Assembly (NCBI GenBank): GCA_013115125.1 | Contig: JABANN010000163.1 | Span: 1-58,688 of the forward strand | Reading direction: 5' to 3' | From: Perkinsus olseni | Taxonomy: Eukaryota | DNA length: 58,688 nt | Part shown: positions 39,720-51,742 of the stretch, one piece after another | Layout of the letters: each line of letters starts with the position of its first letter | How positions within the stretch are numbered: the first letter of the stretch is position 1 | Notes under the pieces: model-generated | What the model was told of the DNA's origin: nothing | What the model saw: the letters and a program-made list of their open reading frames with translations, nothing else | Database searches by the model: none | Made by a program: the position numbers and the translations under genes

Positions 39720-42700
39720 GATCTTTCGCACCCCTTGAAGATCTGTTTAGGTTCAATTCGGTCTGGATGAGCCCGACCTGATGGCTCGATATGCTCAGCG
39801 CATAGCAGAGGTCTGTAGTGGCATGAAACCACGAAGCCTTGGTCTTGTAATGGTCGCATTTGGCAGAGCTGGGTAATGGAACGGGGCATTCGCTCTGTAC
39901 GTATGGACGACTCGATTTTGATATCATCGATGAATCCGATACCGAACTACCTGTATTTTCTCTCGGCTGCGCAAGATGAACGAGCAGAAACTTCTTAATG
40001 AGTGCGCGTTCCAAAGATGTGATTGTGATTGAGAGCGTGTTACAAAATACCAGGCCCCTGACTCTTCGCGGGCGTTTTGTAAAACGTAAAGTAAAAGTAA
40101 AGTAAACCAGTAAAACGCCGGGCGTTTTGCTTTGAGGTCGTTGTATCAACCTTCTATTCTATCAGCCATTACGACTTCGGCGTTTTATTTCAGAGTGGTT
40201 CACGAGAAGATGCTGGCACGGTTGTCGGAGGTTATACCGGGGCGATTACGATTATTTGGCCCGCTCGAGTTGTCAATGCTCTGCAGTGGGCTCATGAAAT
40301 TGCGATATTATAATGTGAAGCTTTTGCGGAGGTGAGTTGAGAGGCGCAGTTTGAGAGTGAGTGGAATCTCTGCGATTGAGACCTCAGTTGAACCCCTCGA
40401 CGTCGGGGTGAGTGTTGGATGATATTGTACGAATTTGTGAAAACTTTATCGTAGATAAAATGTACGGAAACCCGCCCTAGTTGAAGTTGTTCAATTTAGC
40501 CATTCGTCATCAATTCGGCTAGGTCAAATTTCCAGTGGGGCAACTGGGGCTCCCAGCCGAGGAGCGATGGCGAGCTGTTGATCGTCGTTTCATTTTAGAA
40601 TAGCTGATGAAGTGCCTCACAGGCTGCCAGTGCTAGAGCCGAGCCATATCAGCCAAATAGTCTACGCGTTCAGTGCGCTTGGCTATAAAGACCAGATGCT
40701 CTACGTGGATATTGCTGACGACGTAGGAACTAAGCATCATTGAAGTGGATTAGATGTTCGTCCGTCCTCTAAAGAATCGGGGAATCAGTTCTATGTTTCG
40801 CTTCTGCTCGCAGGTTTTGCGTCGAATAGAGGATTTCACGAACCCGGTCGAGCTGGTGCAGGTGGTCAAAGCGCTGGCGAAGGCTGAAGTGGTAATGCTC
40901 GGGTGGGGTGTGTTGCGAAAATATTACCACCCTACTGACGGCATTCGCGTCGTGTTGGTCGACATGAAGCTTTCCTGAATTTGTTGTATGCTTTTGTACG
41001 CCTTTGCTATGTTCCAAGCGTCTAACAGAGGATACGAGAGCTCGCAGTGGTATCCGTTACAAGCTGACCAGAGAAAAGAAGCTCTTATCTTCTGAGAGCA
41101 TTGCCACGAATTGCAGCTCTGGGTCAGAACGATGACGGTGGTGAAGGACAAGGCAAACTTTTCCCGATACGAAAACATCGTAACAGTCTTTGCGACCTGT
41201 TGAACCCGTTGCATACATTTCTTCGACTCGTGGATCTTGTGCGAATTTCGACGTGATTACTTTCACTCGACGACTCTCAGGTGATTCCTGGGTTGTGGGA
41301 ATGCCTTGCCGAGGCGGCTACTTCCCAGTGGGAGGAGATTATCAAAGGGGATATACCTAGCGTCGCGGTTCAGTATCTTGCGGCAGTGGCTTCCATAGAT
41401 GGTAAGAGGTCGCAGGTTCGATCCCGGCATGTGGTAGGGAGCCCAGAGTTCACTATTTAGTTCCCTAGGATTGGTTCGAGACTTCCCTTATGATTCTGTG
41501 TTGCGCAAGCTAATTGCCGTTAGGCAATTTGGTGGCGCGCGGTCATCCATCGGCCAATACACAGGACTTCGCGTCGGCCATGTGCACGGTCTTGCTAGAG
41601 AAGGGCGGCCGGCTCGACCTGAGTTTGGCAGCACGGGCGATAGGAAGTCTCGGGAAACTGCACCGGTACTTCGCCGTTGGGTAATTGCAAGATAGCAAGA
41701 TTCAGGTATAACGAAGAAGTGTGGAGTCCATTATTAGAGAATGTAATGAATAACATAGATCACCTTCAACCGGATCAGATATCGCAGGTGAAAACGGAGC
41801 ACTCCTGGGGAAGCGAGGTCGCCGTGTTTTTTAGTGGCCGATCTCAGTATTACAGTTGCCGCCGGAAATTTGAACTCATTTGTGCAAGTTTCGTTTTCTG
41901 GGGTTAGCCGGTTCTTCCGAAATTCGATAAATCATGCAGAACTTGAGAATTCTGCCGGTTTCCCATTTCGAGAGATCGATCAAATTGCTCACCTGCGCAT
42001 GAAATTTTGTTGTTAGCTTCTCGAAGTAACTTCGGTTTTTCCTCGAAAATAGTTTCTATTCTACCTGGGGCTTCAGGTATCTCTAGGGCTGGCGAGTGCG
42101 GGCCGAGGGCACCCGATAGCCACCCCATTGCTCGCAGGATTATCAGCTAGAGCGATTACTATAGTGGATGATTATGATGTATGGTGTGCTGCAAATACCA
42201 TGCAGGGGTAGGACCCGCGATCGATCCCTGGTGAGGGGATTTACCTATAATTAATCATTGCACTAGGTTTGCTGGCCTTGGCAAGCGCGACGTGAAACTG
42301 TTCGGTGCTTTGGCGAAGCACCTCGCCAAGAATGACAAGCTTTTAGAGGATGCGACCCCTCAGGGTTTGGCAAGCATCCTCCATTCAATGGCTAAAGTCA
42401 TGACAAAGCAAGAAAGATGGGGACGAGGAGATACTCGCAGATTCTCTCGTTGGTCTTCAAGTTCGAAGATCGCACAGGAATTGTTATTAGCGTGCACGCC
42501 CTCCTCGTTGGTTCGACCGTCCCGTTTTCTGCGCTAGCGGCTTTAGCACGGAGCAAGAGCAAAACTATATTCCCATCTTCTTCTTTTGGCCAGCGATAAT
42601 CGGACTTCTGGGATCAGGTCAGATATCTTCCTGTATATAATGGCCAACCTCGTGATCTCTAAGATATCAGCGTTCGAGGGGCAGGCTTTAGGAATGGTAG

Positions 42701-43700
42701 TCGGGGTTTGGCACGGTAGCAATCGTGAATAGGTGGTTCTGGAATTGAATTGGACGCGTCGGCGACACGGTGTCCTAGCAGTCATGGTACGTAATAGCTT
42801 CAGATGGTCGGAGCATGAAAGTGATGCCGTGGATTGCTGTAATGCTCGTTAACTTAGAGACGCGTATGAGCTAAACTGTTGCGGATCGGGTTTCGTAGAG
42901 CTTCTTGGTGCGCTAGAAAAAGAACTTCGTTAGATGCTTTTGCATCTCCTATATCGGGAGGCACGGTACGATGCATGATTTGTAGTTTCTGAAACTCCTT
43001 TCGAGGTTATGCTGAAGGTGAGCAGTTGTTATCAGCAGACTGTTTTCTATTGCTCTGAGTTAGTTCATCTCACTTCTCTGTCGAGGTTCTGTATGCGTAT
43101 GGTCGACTAAACTGCCACAACGAAGCCTTGGTAAGAGCCTGCTTGAAGCAGCTCCGAGCCATTGTCGACGAGCTCAATCTAGTTTCGGTGCATATGATAT
43201 CGGATGGACTGAAGGTGATAACAATAACTAAGCGGGTCTCTTCCCGGCTCGGTGAAATGCTCGTTCTCCCTCGACTCGAGAGACGAATGTGAAACGCGCG
43301 AGCATCAGCTTCTTTGCTACCCCGAGTATGTATACCGCGCGGTTCGTCATCCCTCGCTATTTCTCTGTCCAAATTCGAGTTTCTCATCGATTCCTTTTTC
43401 CTACACCACATTGACTGATATCTGTGAGTCTTGCCATATAGAAACAAGCAGTATTTCATGTTTCAACCAACAGCCAGGGCCGATATCGAAAGTGAACGCA
43501 ACATACGGGTGCCAAATCAAGAAAGATTGTGGGTTAATCGGCGATGTTGCTTCAATCGATTCATTGACGTGCACTTTTTTGTGCATAGAGAACATTCAAA
43601 TGTCGCAGCACGCTTCGTTGTTCGTGTCTGGCGGCATTTTCTCTTGCCATCTATGAGTGTCGGTGGTCGTCCCTTGCCTGAACATCGAGAGTACTAATGA
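39720..43700 (+). CDS. Helical-repeat protein of the heptatricopeptide (HPR)/RAP-FASTK type, likely organellar RNA-binding; multi-exon, ends approximate
   Basis: Repeated ~37-aa motifs: FGPLELSMLCSGLMKLRYYNVKLLRRIADEV; LEPSHISQIVYAFSALGYKDQMLYVDIADDV; ATPQGLASILHSMAK; LYAYGRLNCHNEALVRACLKQL. Confidence 0.7.
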
Positions 43701-43967
43701 GGCATCGTGAGTAGTGATGCATAATCTTGCGCGTGCTCACGTTTTCTAGTCAATGGAATTCGTTCAGGTTCTGAAAATCAAGGCTCAAAACTTCCTAGTT
43801 TGCTTTTTCTCACCACTTTCAGCGTTCTTGTCGCATCTTTCATCCTCTATTTCCGTCTCTGAAACAAAGATCGTGTTAAGATTGTACAAGAAATAGAAGA
43901 AAAGCTAGTACTACCCGAGCTCTCCTCGAGCCCGTCATTATCCTCGCTAACACTATCACTTCTACTA

Positions 43968-44590
43968 TTGGTATTAGGTCTTGGTCTATCTCCGGCAGAA
44001 TCTGTTGTGAAAATTTGTGAAAAGTTTTCCCCATCATGGGGGCGCTATATATTACCCTTGGTCTCATTCTCCAGCTGTGATATACACCTGAGAGTCGAGC
44101 AGCACAAGAATTTGTTTACCGGCGATCGCACACCTTCTGAATTTTTCAACTGCACTGATGCTGGGAAGCGAGAAATTGATGTCGACTGCAATGCCGTTTT
44201 CAACCTGAAATATCGCTCGAAGGGATCTGCGAAATATCCGTGTGCCAACCTTGGAGAAGAGATCGTGGATGATATCGTTTTCATCATTGGTACCTCGAGT
44301 AAGTGAGCGATACCGCGCAGGCGAGACAAAGGTTACCATGCGCACTGAGATTCCTCGCTCTCTCCGTCTCCTTAAGAATCATCTTGGCTACTTCGACCTG
44401 GCAAAGTCTCAAAATTCACATGGAAGCGAGATTCACCCTATCAGCCTCCCAGTCTCCAGGACAATCATCACGTCTCAGCTTGCCGTTGTCGATAAGCTAC
44501 GGAATACATACGATGTATGCTATTCGAATGTATATGTTACTCTCTTCACCGCATCAGTTATGATACTATCGTTTCCCTTGAAGGTATAAG
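43968..44590 (+). CDS. Hypothetical, possibly secreted Cys-containing protein; ends approximate
   Basis: ORF 43968-44306 is protein-like with a hydrophobic N-terminal region, and probably splices into 44326-44589. Confidence 0.3.
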
Positions 44591-46451
44591 AAATCATCGA
44601 GAAAGCGGAGGGGGGAGGGGGCGAAGCAGCTCTGAGAGGCAACGTTCTCTCTAAGGAACTTTTATCGGTAGCCGAGGTATAGGAGAATCCAATTCCAGGA
44701 GCGCTAATATTTCGGTCCAAGCTCTAAGGATGGCTGTAGAGTGATTCTACAGACGGGCGGAGCGAAAGCTCAGAGCGAAACCATCGGCGTCACGCCAGTG
44801 TGTGTAGACAGTTCGGGGCGTGCGCGTCCGGCTCTGCGCGCGCGTACCCCGAGGGGTTAATGGTAAACATTCCAACAAGATCGCCAATTACTAGACCCGC
44901 TACGAAGACACCTCTCGTGAGAACATTAGCGACCGCGCTCGCCTCTCCGGTGGACCTCAAGTTTATTCCACGAGTATTATAGGGCAGGATAGGAGCAATG
45001 GTATGTTGTACCCCGCATCGCGCTCGCCACGATTACCATCATCGGTTACCGAATTTTGTCCCGGTAATAATACAGATACTGTGTAATGCCGTTAGAAGTT
45101 AATGGCTAATAAGTAGGCGATATCTTCTTTCCTATTCTCCTAGTCAGCTTTGAAGACTCTCCTCTTCAGCTTCTTACCCATTTTCCTAGTTCCTGTTTAC
45201 GGATCGCTAGTGGGTGTCAGGCACTCGGAGCACTATCGGTCGAAATCGAAGGGTTGCTTAGGAGAAGAATCGAGGAGCTGGGGCAAGAAACAACGTACGG
45301 GATCGTTGAGTTCGATGATGGTAATAAGGGCTACCTTATTAGGAGTTGAGGTAGTTTTGGTATCGCCTCAAAGTCCACAACGTGAAGCTGCATTCCATTC
45401 CATCCACTTATTCTTACAATAACAAGAGATGCTGATTGGTGATAGTCGTGTAACAACAGAATAGAATACAATAGTACAAAGCATGACCCTACTACCTGTT
45501 CCACTATTACGGTCGACGTTCAATTTTGTTACAGATGCCGAGGATGCTTTTGATATCGCTGATGAGCCAGAAGAAGACCCACTGGAAGACTTAGTCGTGC
45601 GGGAGGAAGTAATGACGATGGTCTGATACCTGAGATATCTGTTGATTACGTCCCACTACTTTAACGCGTGACTATCTCTGCTGACTATCTTTTTCGCGGC
45701 GTAGTTCAAGAATTCTCGGGCCGAGAATCTCGGCTGTTGCGACTATGTATAGTGATCCTAGTCGACTAGACTGACCGCCACGCAAAAGAGATTGTAGTTT
45801 CATGTTCTTCTAGGTCGAAGAGCCATGCGCAGACGAATCTGCGTCTTCGGTGGCTGCTCATCCCTCCAGCGTGTCTGATATTCGCGCCTACTTGAATCAT
45901 AGTGGTACTGAAGAACTTGCAGAAGATTCGCCGGAGAAGCCAGCGGCCAGAACAGGACGGCGGAGCCGCAGCAAGAGAATGGCCGCAGCCACTGCTGATA
46001 AGCAGCACGTTTCTTGACATGGTTTCTGTTAGATCGGCGACTTTGGTTGGCAGTGATAACGGGAGAGTCGCTTCAGCGGCGAGCGGGCGCATTGGGGTTG
46101 TGCCACCAACCGAGCAGCCCTCCACCCAAGCCTTTTGCGTCCACTAAGCATGCTTGGATATCCAAAGCCCTTGAGGTCTCTGAGCGAGATTTCGTTCTCT
46201 TTCGTATCATAGGTCGGCCCTGAATGAAGGAAGGCAAGTGTTTTTTTGTATGTACTATGTACTTTCTCTGTGTGCTGGTCTGTTCTGGATCCAGGCAGCG
46301 TCATCCGTCGGCTACTTATAGTTCTACGTTCGACGGGGGTACCGCAGGAAAAAGTAGAGCTAAACTTGCAACCGCGATTATGGGAGGGAGTAGCTAAGTT
46401 TGTCTTCCTCCATGGATGATGAATCTGTTATCTCTCAGTGGTTGATTTCCA

Positions 46452-47672
46452 ATGCCCGCAGGGACGGTCTTGCCACGGAGGCGGAGCAGAGTAGTAGCGA
46501 TAAAGTGACGGACGTATCTCGCGAATATTGTCGTTAGTTATTTTCCCTGCTGCTTGTCGGCGTGGTGAGCGTAGTGACTGTGCTGAGCAGCTGGCAGCTG
46601 TTAGGAAAATCTGCGTCACTATCGGGCAGAGGATTGAGGCTTGGTGAGCTGCACGTTCGCCTTCTTAGCGACAGTTTGCCCGCACTAGGTGCATGGCCGG
46701 GTGGTCCTGAGGGAAAATTTGTGCCGTTGCGATCTCAAGTTAACTACTTTGACCCCGCTAATTTACGGATCGGGCACGCATGGGATATCCATAGGTGAGT
46801 TGGGGCTTCACCGGTCTTTTTCTAACGAGTAGTCATGGGTTCGAATCCGGCTTATGAACGACCGAATCGTTCTCTCCAGGTTCGGCCGACGGACTGCTGA
46901 GAACGGCCCTTTCATTTTGGCCGGTGTCGAGGTGCCTGATTGCCCTAATATTGGCGTCGTAGCTCATTCGGACGGAGACGTACGTACCCTGGCAGTTCCG
47001 CATGGACGAAGTCCATCGTCAGGTTATCTTCCACAGCGTGACTGATGCGATCCTCGGGTCGATAGGGCTGCGAGATATTGGTCAGTACTACCCCGATACA
47101 GATCCAGAATGGTGGGCCAACCTGGGAGCTAGCTCCTGCGTGTGATGATCACTTTGCTGAATTCAGGAAGGGCCAGTCATCGGACAAGTTTTTGCATGAT
47201 ACGTTGAAGAAAGCTTCAGACTTGGGCTTCCGAGTGGTCAGTGTGGACGTTACGTTAGTGCTTGAGCGTCCGAAAGTGGGAAATATCATGCCGGCCGTGG
47301 TGCAGGGTTTGCGACAAGCGATAGGCGATCATCGGGTAACGCAGGTAGTCGTAGCCTTCTTGTCGTGCTCTCTGCAGCGCTGTTCGTTGAACGTTTTGCT
47401 TTCACACTGAGCTTGATAGTGGGAGGGGCACGCGTATCGGTTGAGTTCGTTCGGCTCGTTGCCACCGAGTCGGTGGGCTAGTCGCACGATTCGCTGTTCG
47501 CTTGCACGTAGTCCCGGGTTCGATATTCGGTCCAGTCCACTAGTTTGCCCTCTCTTAGGCCTCTGTGAATGTCAAGGCTCGAACGTCAGAGAAGCTCAAT
47601 GCTGCTGGCGAAGGGAAGTCCGTAGAAGCTCACGCGGTGGTAGTAAATCGCCCCCCTGATGGCGTCGTATAG
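46452..47672 (+). CDS. ispF: 2-C-methyl-D-erythritol 2,4-cyclodiphosphate synthase (MEP pathway) with an N-terminal signal/transit-like leader, multi-exon
   Basis: [96 protein letters not shown]. Leader [31 protein letters not shown]. Confidence 0.95.
47467..47538 (+). pseudogene. Decayed tRNA-Pro-like pseudogene in the last ispF intron (sense orientation)
   Basis: 72 nt GAGTCGGTGGGCTAGTCGCACGATTCGCTGTTCGCTTGCACGTAGTCCCGGGTTCGATATTCGGTCCAGTCC aligns without gaps, by eye, to the typical eukaryotic tRNA-Pro layout (TGGTCTAG..TATGATTCTCGCTT..GTGCGAGAGGTCCCGGGTTC). Its stems are broken. Confidence 0.65.
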
Positions 47673-48286
47673 TCTGTGTTGGAACGCAGTCAATACTTTC
47701 CCCGACAGTTTCGACAGCCTAGAAGCCTCGCGCTTCTGATTCGCTCGAGGGCGCGCAGCCCGCGGTGGGACATTCAACCTTTTCGGCTCTCAGGTGCTAC
47801 TCTACAAAGATAAGTGAAATTCCTCTGTGTCCCAACTGCTGGTTTGGTGCTTCTGATTTCCGAAAGGTGCATAGCCGCGTTACAGTGAATTTGTGCCGAC
47901 CGAATGAGTCGTGCCACCCGGCGCACTTAAATGGACGGGCTTTCTCAGCTTGCTTCAGTTTTCGGCTTGCGCGACTGATGGACAGGGAAGCTCAAGAGGT
48001 CTTCATGTGGCCGGAAGGACAACGTAAACCCACCAATGAATGTAAATAAAATATCCCGCTGCGGTCGAGGCTAACAGCGATAGTGATAACGGCTGCATCG
48101 GTTACTATTGAACCGGTGCCGGGTACTAGGTTTAGAACTCGTTGACCTAAGAGAAATCTCGATCGAAGATCAGAGCCGAGAGTCCGAGCGAAAGACGAAG
48201 GTTTGCAGAAATTTCCTGGGGGCTCCTTGGCGTCGCCGCAAGGCGGTCTTACTAGTCAAGAAAGCTTCTTGACGACACAGAAACTA

Positions 48287-49601
48287 TTAATCACTCCGAA
48301 CAAGGTTCTCATTACCACGGAGCCCACGTGGTTTTGATGCTAGTTGGCGGATGGCACGCTGCACAGTCCTGAGCGGATTGATAGCACCACCTCGTATCAT
48401 CTGACCGTTGTAGGAGGCCACAGGATCTACGTTGCTCAGTATTAGTCGCTTCACCATCCTTGGCTCAACATCCATTGACAATAGGATGGCAGCGAGACCA
48501 GCGACCATCGGACCTGCGAGCGACGAGCCGCCTTTGTTAATCATCACACCCTCTTCGTCGCGGCCAATGCAGACATTTGTACCATACGCCGCGACGTCAA
48601 CCCTTTCACCCCAGTTTGATTTCAAATTTAAGTGTGTCTCGGTCTGTAGATTGGCGACACACATGCCATTGGTACCCCCATACCAGCAAGGGTAAATGTC
48701 AGACGCTCTCATATTACTATTACCAGCAGCGGAAACAAGCACGATATTCTTCTCTTGTGCTAAACGGAGAGCTTCCCAGAGTAAGTGCTGGTTTTCCGAG
48801 CTCAGACTACTGAGTTGAAAACCGAACGACATCGAGATAACATCTACCTCCAAGTCAATGGCCAAGTCGATGGCCTCTAGGAATTTAGATAGGGGGCGTC
48901 GTAGTTGTCATCAACGAATTGTATGGGCACTAGGGTGACGTTTGGGGCGACGCCAGCGAATCCGTAGGAGTTGTTGGCCTTAGCAGCCAGGACTCTGCAA
49001 ATAGCTGCGCAATTACCGGTTGTCATGAATGGCGAATTGCCGAAGACGTTCCACCCACCCGGTATGTAGCCGCCACTCTTCGTCTTCAATGTCCTCCTCA
49101 GGGAGGCGAAGTCGGGGTCGTTCCAGTCGATACCGGTGTCGATTACGGCCACTTTGACTCTCCTGGTGGCATGTTGAATAGCAAGTCGCCAGACTTCGCC
49201 CATTTGCATCATTGTCAAATGACGCTGGCAGCGGGATCGTTCACGTTTAGCTCGCTGTCGAGCTCACCGAAAGGCTCGGCGTTTCCGTCTTTGCCGCATT
49301 GGGATTGAAGTGAGAGGTTTTTGCTGGCCATAGTCACGAAGTTGCAGATATTATGGCTGTCGATGGTGAGGGCCGAGGTCTGAACAACCTGGGAGCCGAC
49401 ATGTTTCAGGGTGGTGACCTTAGCGGTGTTCAAGAAAGAGGCGATCTTGCGGTCGGGTATGTGGCCAGCCTCTCTCAACATGTGCGGTAACTGACGAATG
49501 TTAATTGCATCAGGCCCTGACTTGATGGATACGACTGTATCACTCAGAGAAGCTGTGGCCCCGATTAGAGAAGCCAAGGAGAATGCGGATGCGATGCGCA
49601 T
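48287..49601 (-). pseudogene. Secreted subtilisin-like (S8) serine protease with two frameshifts; intronless
   Basis: Signal peptide MRIASAFSLASLIGATASL, prodomain, VAVIDTGID, AAKANNSYGFAGVAPNVTL, VISMSFG, LVSAAGN, SNWGERVDVAAYG, GSSLAGPMVAGLAAIL. Frame breaks near 49230 and 48892 with no room for introns. Confidence 0.8.
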
Positions 49602-50673
49602 GAAGTGAAAGACAAGAAGCGCAGCTACGCGGAAAAATGACTTGAACTCACTTACGGAATAGAAACCGAAGGAGATGCTCATGCTCACTCAATACGGAAC
49701 CGAAGGAGTGAGCGGTGGAGCCCCTCAACTGAATCGTCTCAGATATTGAATGGTCCCCACACGTGCGCGCGAGACACGGGCCCTGAAGAGGCAATGCCTC
49801 GCTCGGGCCCGGGACTCGGAGACATGGGCTGGTGCAGTCTCGCTGACAGTCTCGATCTCGGGCCCGGGCGGCGAACCCAGTTCTGGCGAGGCCAGTGAGC
49901 ATGAACCGAGTTCGACAATTCATGGCGTAACATCCTCTCCGGTCAACTGGGGCCGCTGAAGTGAGGCGGCCCATGTTCCTCGGATCACAACTCGAGCTAC
50001 GCTCTCATCCATATTGTTCGCGAGCACCAATGCTCAAGTGGCACACCCTATAGTGATGGCTCGCCCTCGTGGTTGGGATTGGTTGCACTCTCATCGAGGT
50101 TGCCCGTGTGTAGGGAATGAAGTCCCGTCGTTTCTCGAGCAAAATTTCTTCTCGTGAGAGGTTTACCACCAATATCACAATGTGAGAATTTGGATAACCA
50201 CGACGCGGTAATTATAAGAGTTCATTGCAATATCGCGATGAATGCCAGGTATTCAGTATAGCACGTGCTTTCTCGCGATATTTTGTTGAACAGGATAGCA
50301 GTTGAGGAGATAGCGCATAATACGCGATAAATTGCGCTGAACCTCATCGATAACCGCGGAAATGGAGTTGAACGCGAGCTGAATGTTTACGAAAAGAGGA
50401 ATTACTGAAAAAGTTCTCCTCGATTTCGCGTTGATTCCCAGTTGTCGATGAGGGGAACCATGGTGGGCGCCAGCGGCCGCGCGGCCATTGTTCATTGAAC
50501 ATCGTTTCGAACTCGATTCGTGCCATTGGAAATCGGAGTATCCGCGGCAGCACTACCTGCTTGCAGGACAATGATGCTGGCCTATTGCAGCGATCCACCC
50601 GAAATAGGATCGCAGATCAATATTTAAATGAAGAATACTCATCGAGATCAGGCTGTCACGTCATATTAAACCA

Positions 50674-51742
50674 TTAATCTTCTCGTTCCACATCTTCTCG
50701 TTGTTGGGCCAGGACTGTAGCGTCAATGTGCCTAGTTAGGTCTATCACCCTTCGAGGTGAGTTCTCTCTCAAGCTCCTGAAGGGAAATGATTTTGAACGG
50801 TCTAGTCCCCCGCATATCTTTACTTGCATCAGCTCAAGCCATAGCTGCACATCGGCAAGGACTTCGCGAGTTAGGGATGGGAAATCCATCGAGTTGCTTC
50901 CACATTCAGTGGTCGGGGCCATGCCCGGACCGTAGCCAGGATGTGGCCTGCTTGAACTGGACGAAGCTACTACTGAGGCATCTGAAGATTGCAAGAAAGA
51001 TTCAGACTATTGCGAATCGTCTGAGATTGAGATCGTTGTAGACACAACAACGGTCGATCTTTAGAACTTACCCGCTCTGGTGAACTCCGTAAGTCCGCCA
51101 CCAACGGGGTCCTTGGAACGGTCTTCGGACTCAGAGACCGACTCAGAGTCGAACTCAAGGTCAGACTCAGAGTCGGACTTAGGGCCAGACTCAGAGTCGG
51201 ACTTAGGGCCAGACTCAGAGTCTAAGTGTGTCGAATCCTGCTCTTCTTGGTATGCATCCGCCTGATCATCTTCTTTTCTTCTGAAGGTATCTAAATGTAC
51301 CGTAGCAAAGGTAAATAATGCCGCGAAGCGTAATAGTACGACTCTATCACTGACAATTACCATTGGTGCTCTCAGATATCCCCTTCGGACTGCTCCGCAC
51401 TCGCAATAACGGATTTCCCTCGCATTTCGCTCCTGCGAAAATGGCGAGCAGGATCTTGCGCTTGAATATCTCACAGCCGTCCAGTATCCCGGAACCGTTG
51501 AGTAACGACAGAAGCCAGCGAATCACAGCCTTCTTGAACCGCTCGAACCCGTCAGCCATGTGCACACAGTGTCTCACAAGGCCGCGCTTGAACCGCTCGA
51601 AGCCCTCGGCTGCATCCTGGCAAGTATTGACCACGTCTCCTTTAAACCTCTCGAAGCCCTCGGCTGCATCCTGGCTTGTCCTGACCATGTCTCCTTTAAA
51701 CCTCTCGAAACCATCCGCCATGTTGGAAACCCAGGCTTCCAT
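50674..51742 (-). CDS. Hypothetical multi-exon protein with four 18-aa amphipathic repeats and an acidic Ser-rich repeat; 3' end approximate
   Basis: ATG at 51742. Repeats A(D/E)GFERFK spaced 18 aa apart. In-phase GT-AG splicing joins to DTFRRKEDDQ..DSESGPKSDSESGPKSDSES and then DASVVASSSSSRPHP. Confidence 0.6.
51127..51222. repeat. 24-bp/12-bp coding tandem repeat (GACTCAGAGTCGGACTTAGGGCCA and degenerate copies)
   Basis: Seen directly. Encodes SDSESGPK-type units on the minus strand. Confidence 0.85.
51530..51722. repeat. 54-bp coding tandem repeat, about 4 diverged copies
   Basis: TCTCCTTTAAACCTCTCGAA(G/A)CC and TTGAACCGCTCGAA motifs recur at 54-nt spacing. Confidence 0.8.

Noticed and set aside
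39562-40149. 195-aa minus-strand ORF
   Set aside because: No motif, non-ATG start, and antisense to the probable 5' region of the helical-repeat gene.
48452-48470. CCATCCTTGGCTCAA resembling the dinoflagellate/Perkinsus spliced leader
   Set aside because: Partial match only, antisense within subtilisin coding sequence (VEPRMV), and not followed by a GT donor.
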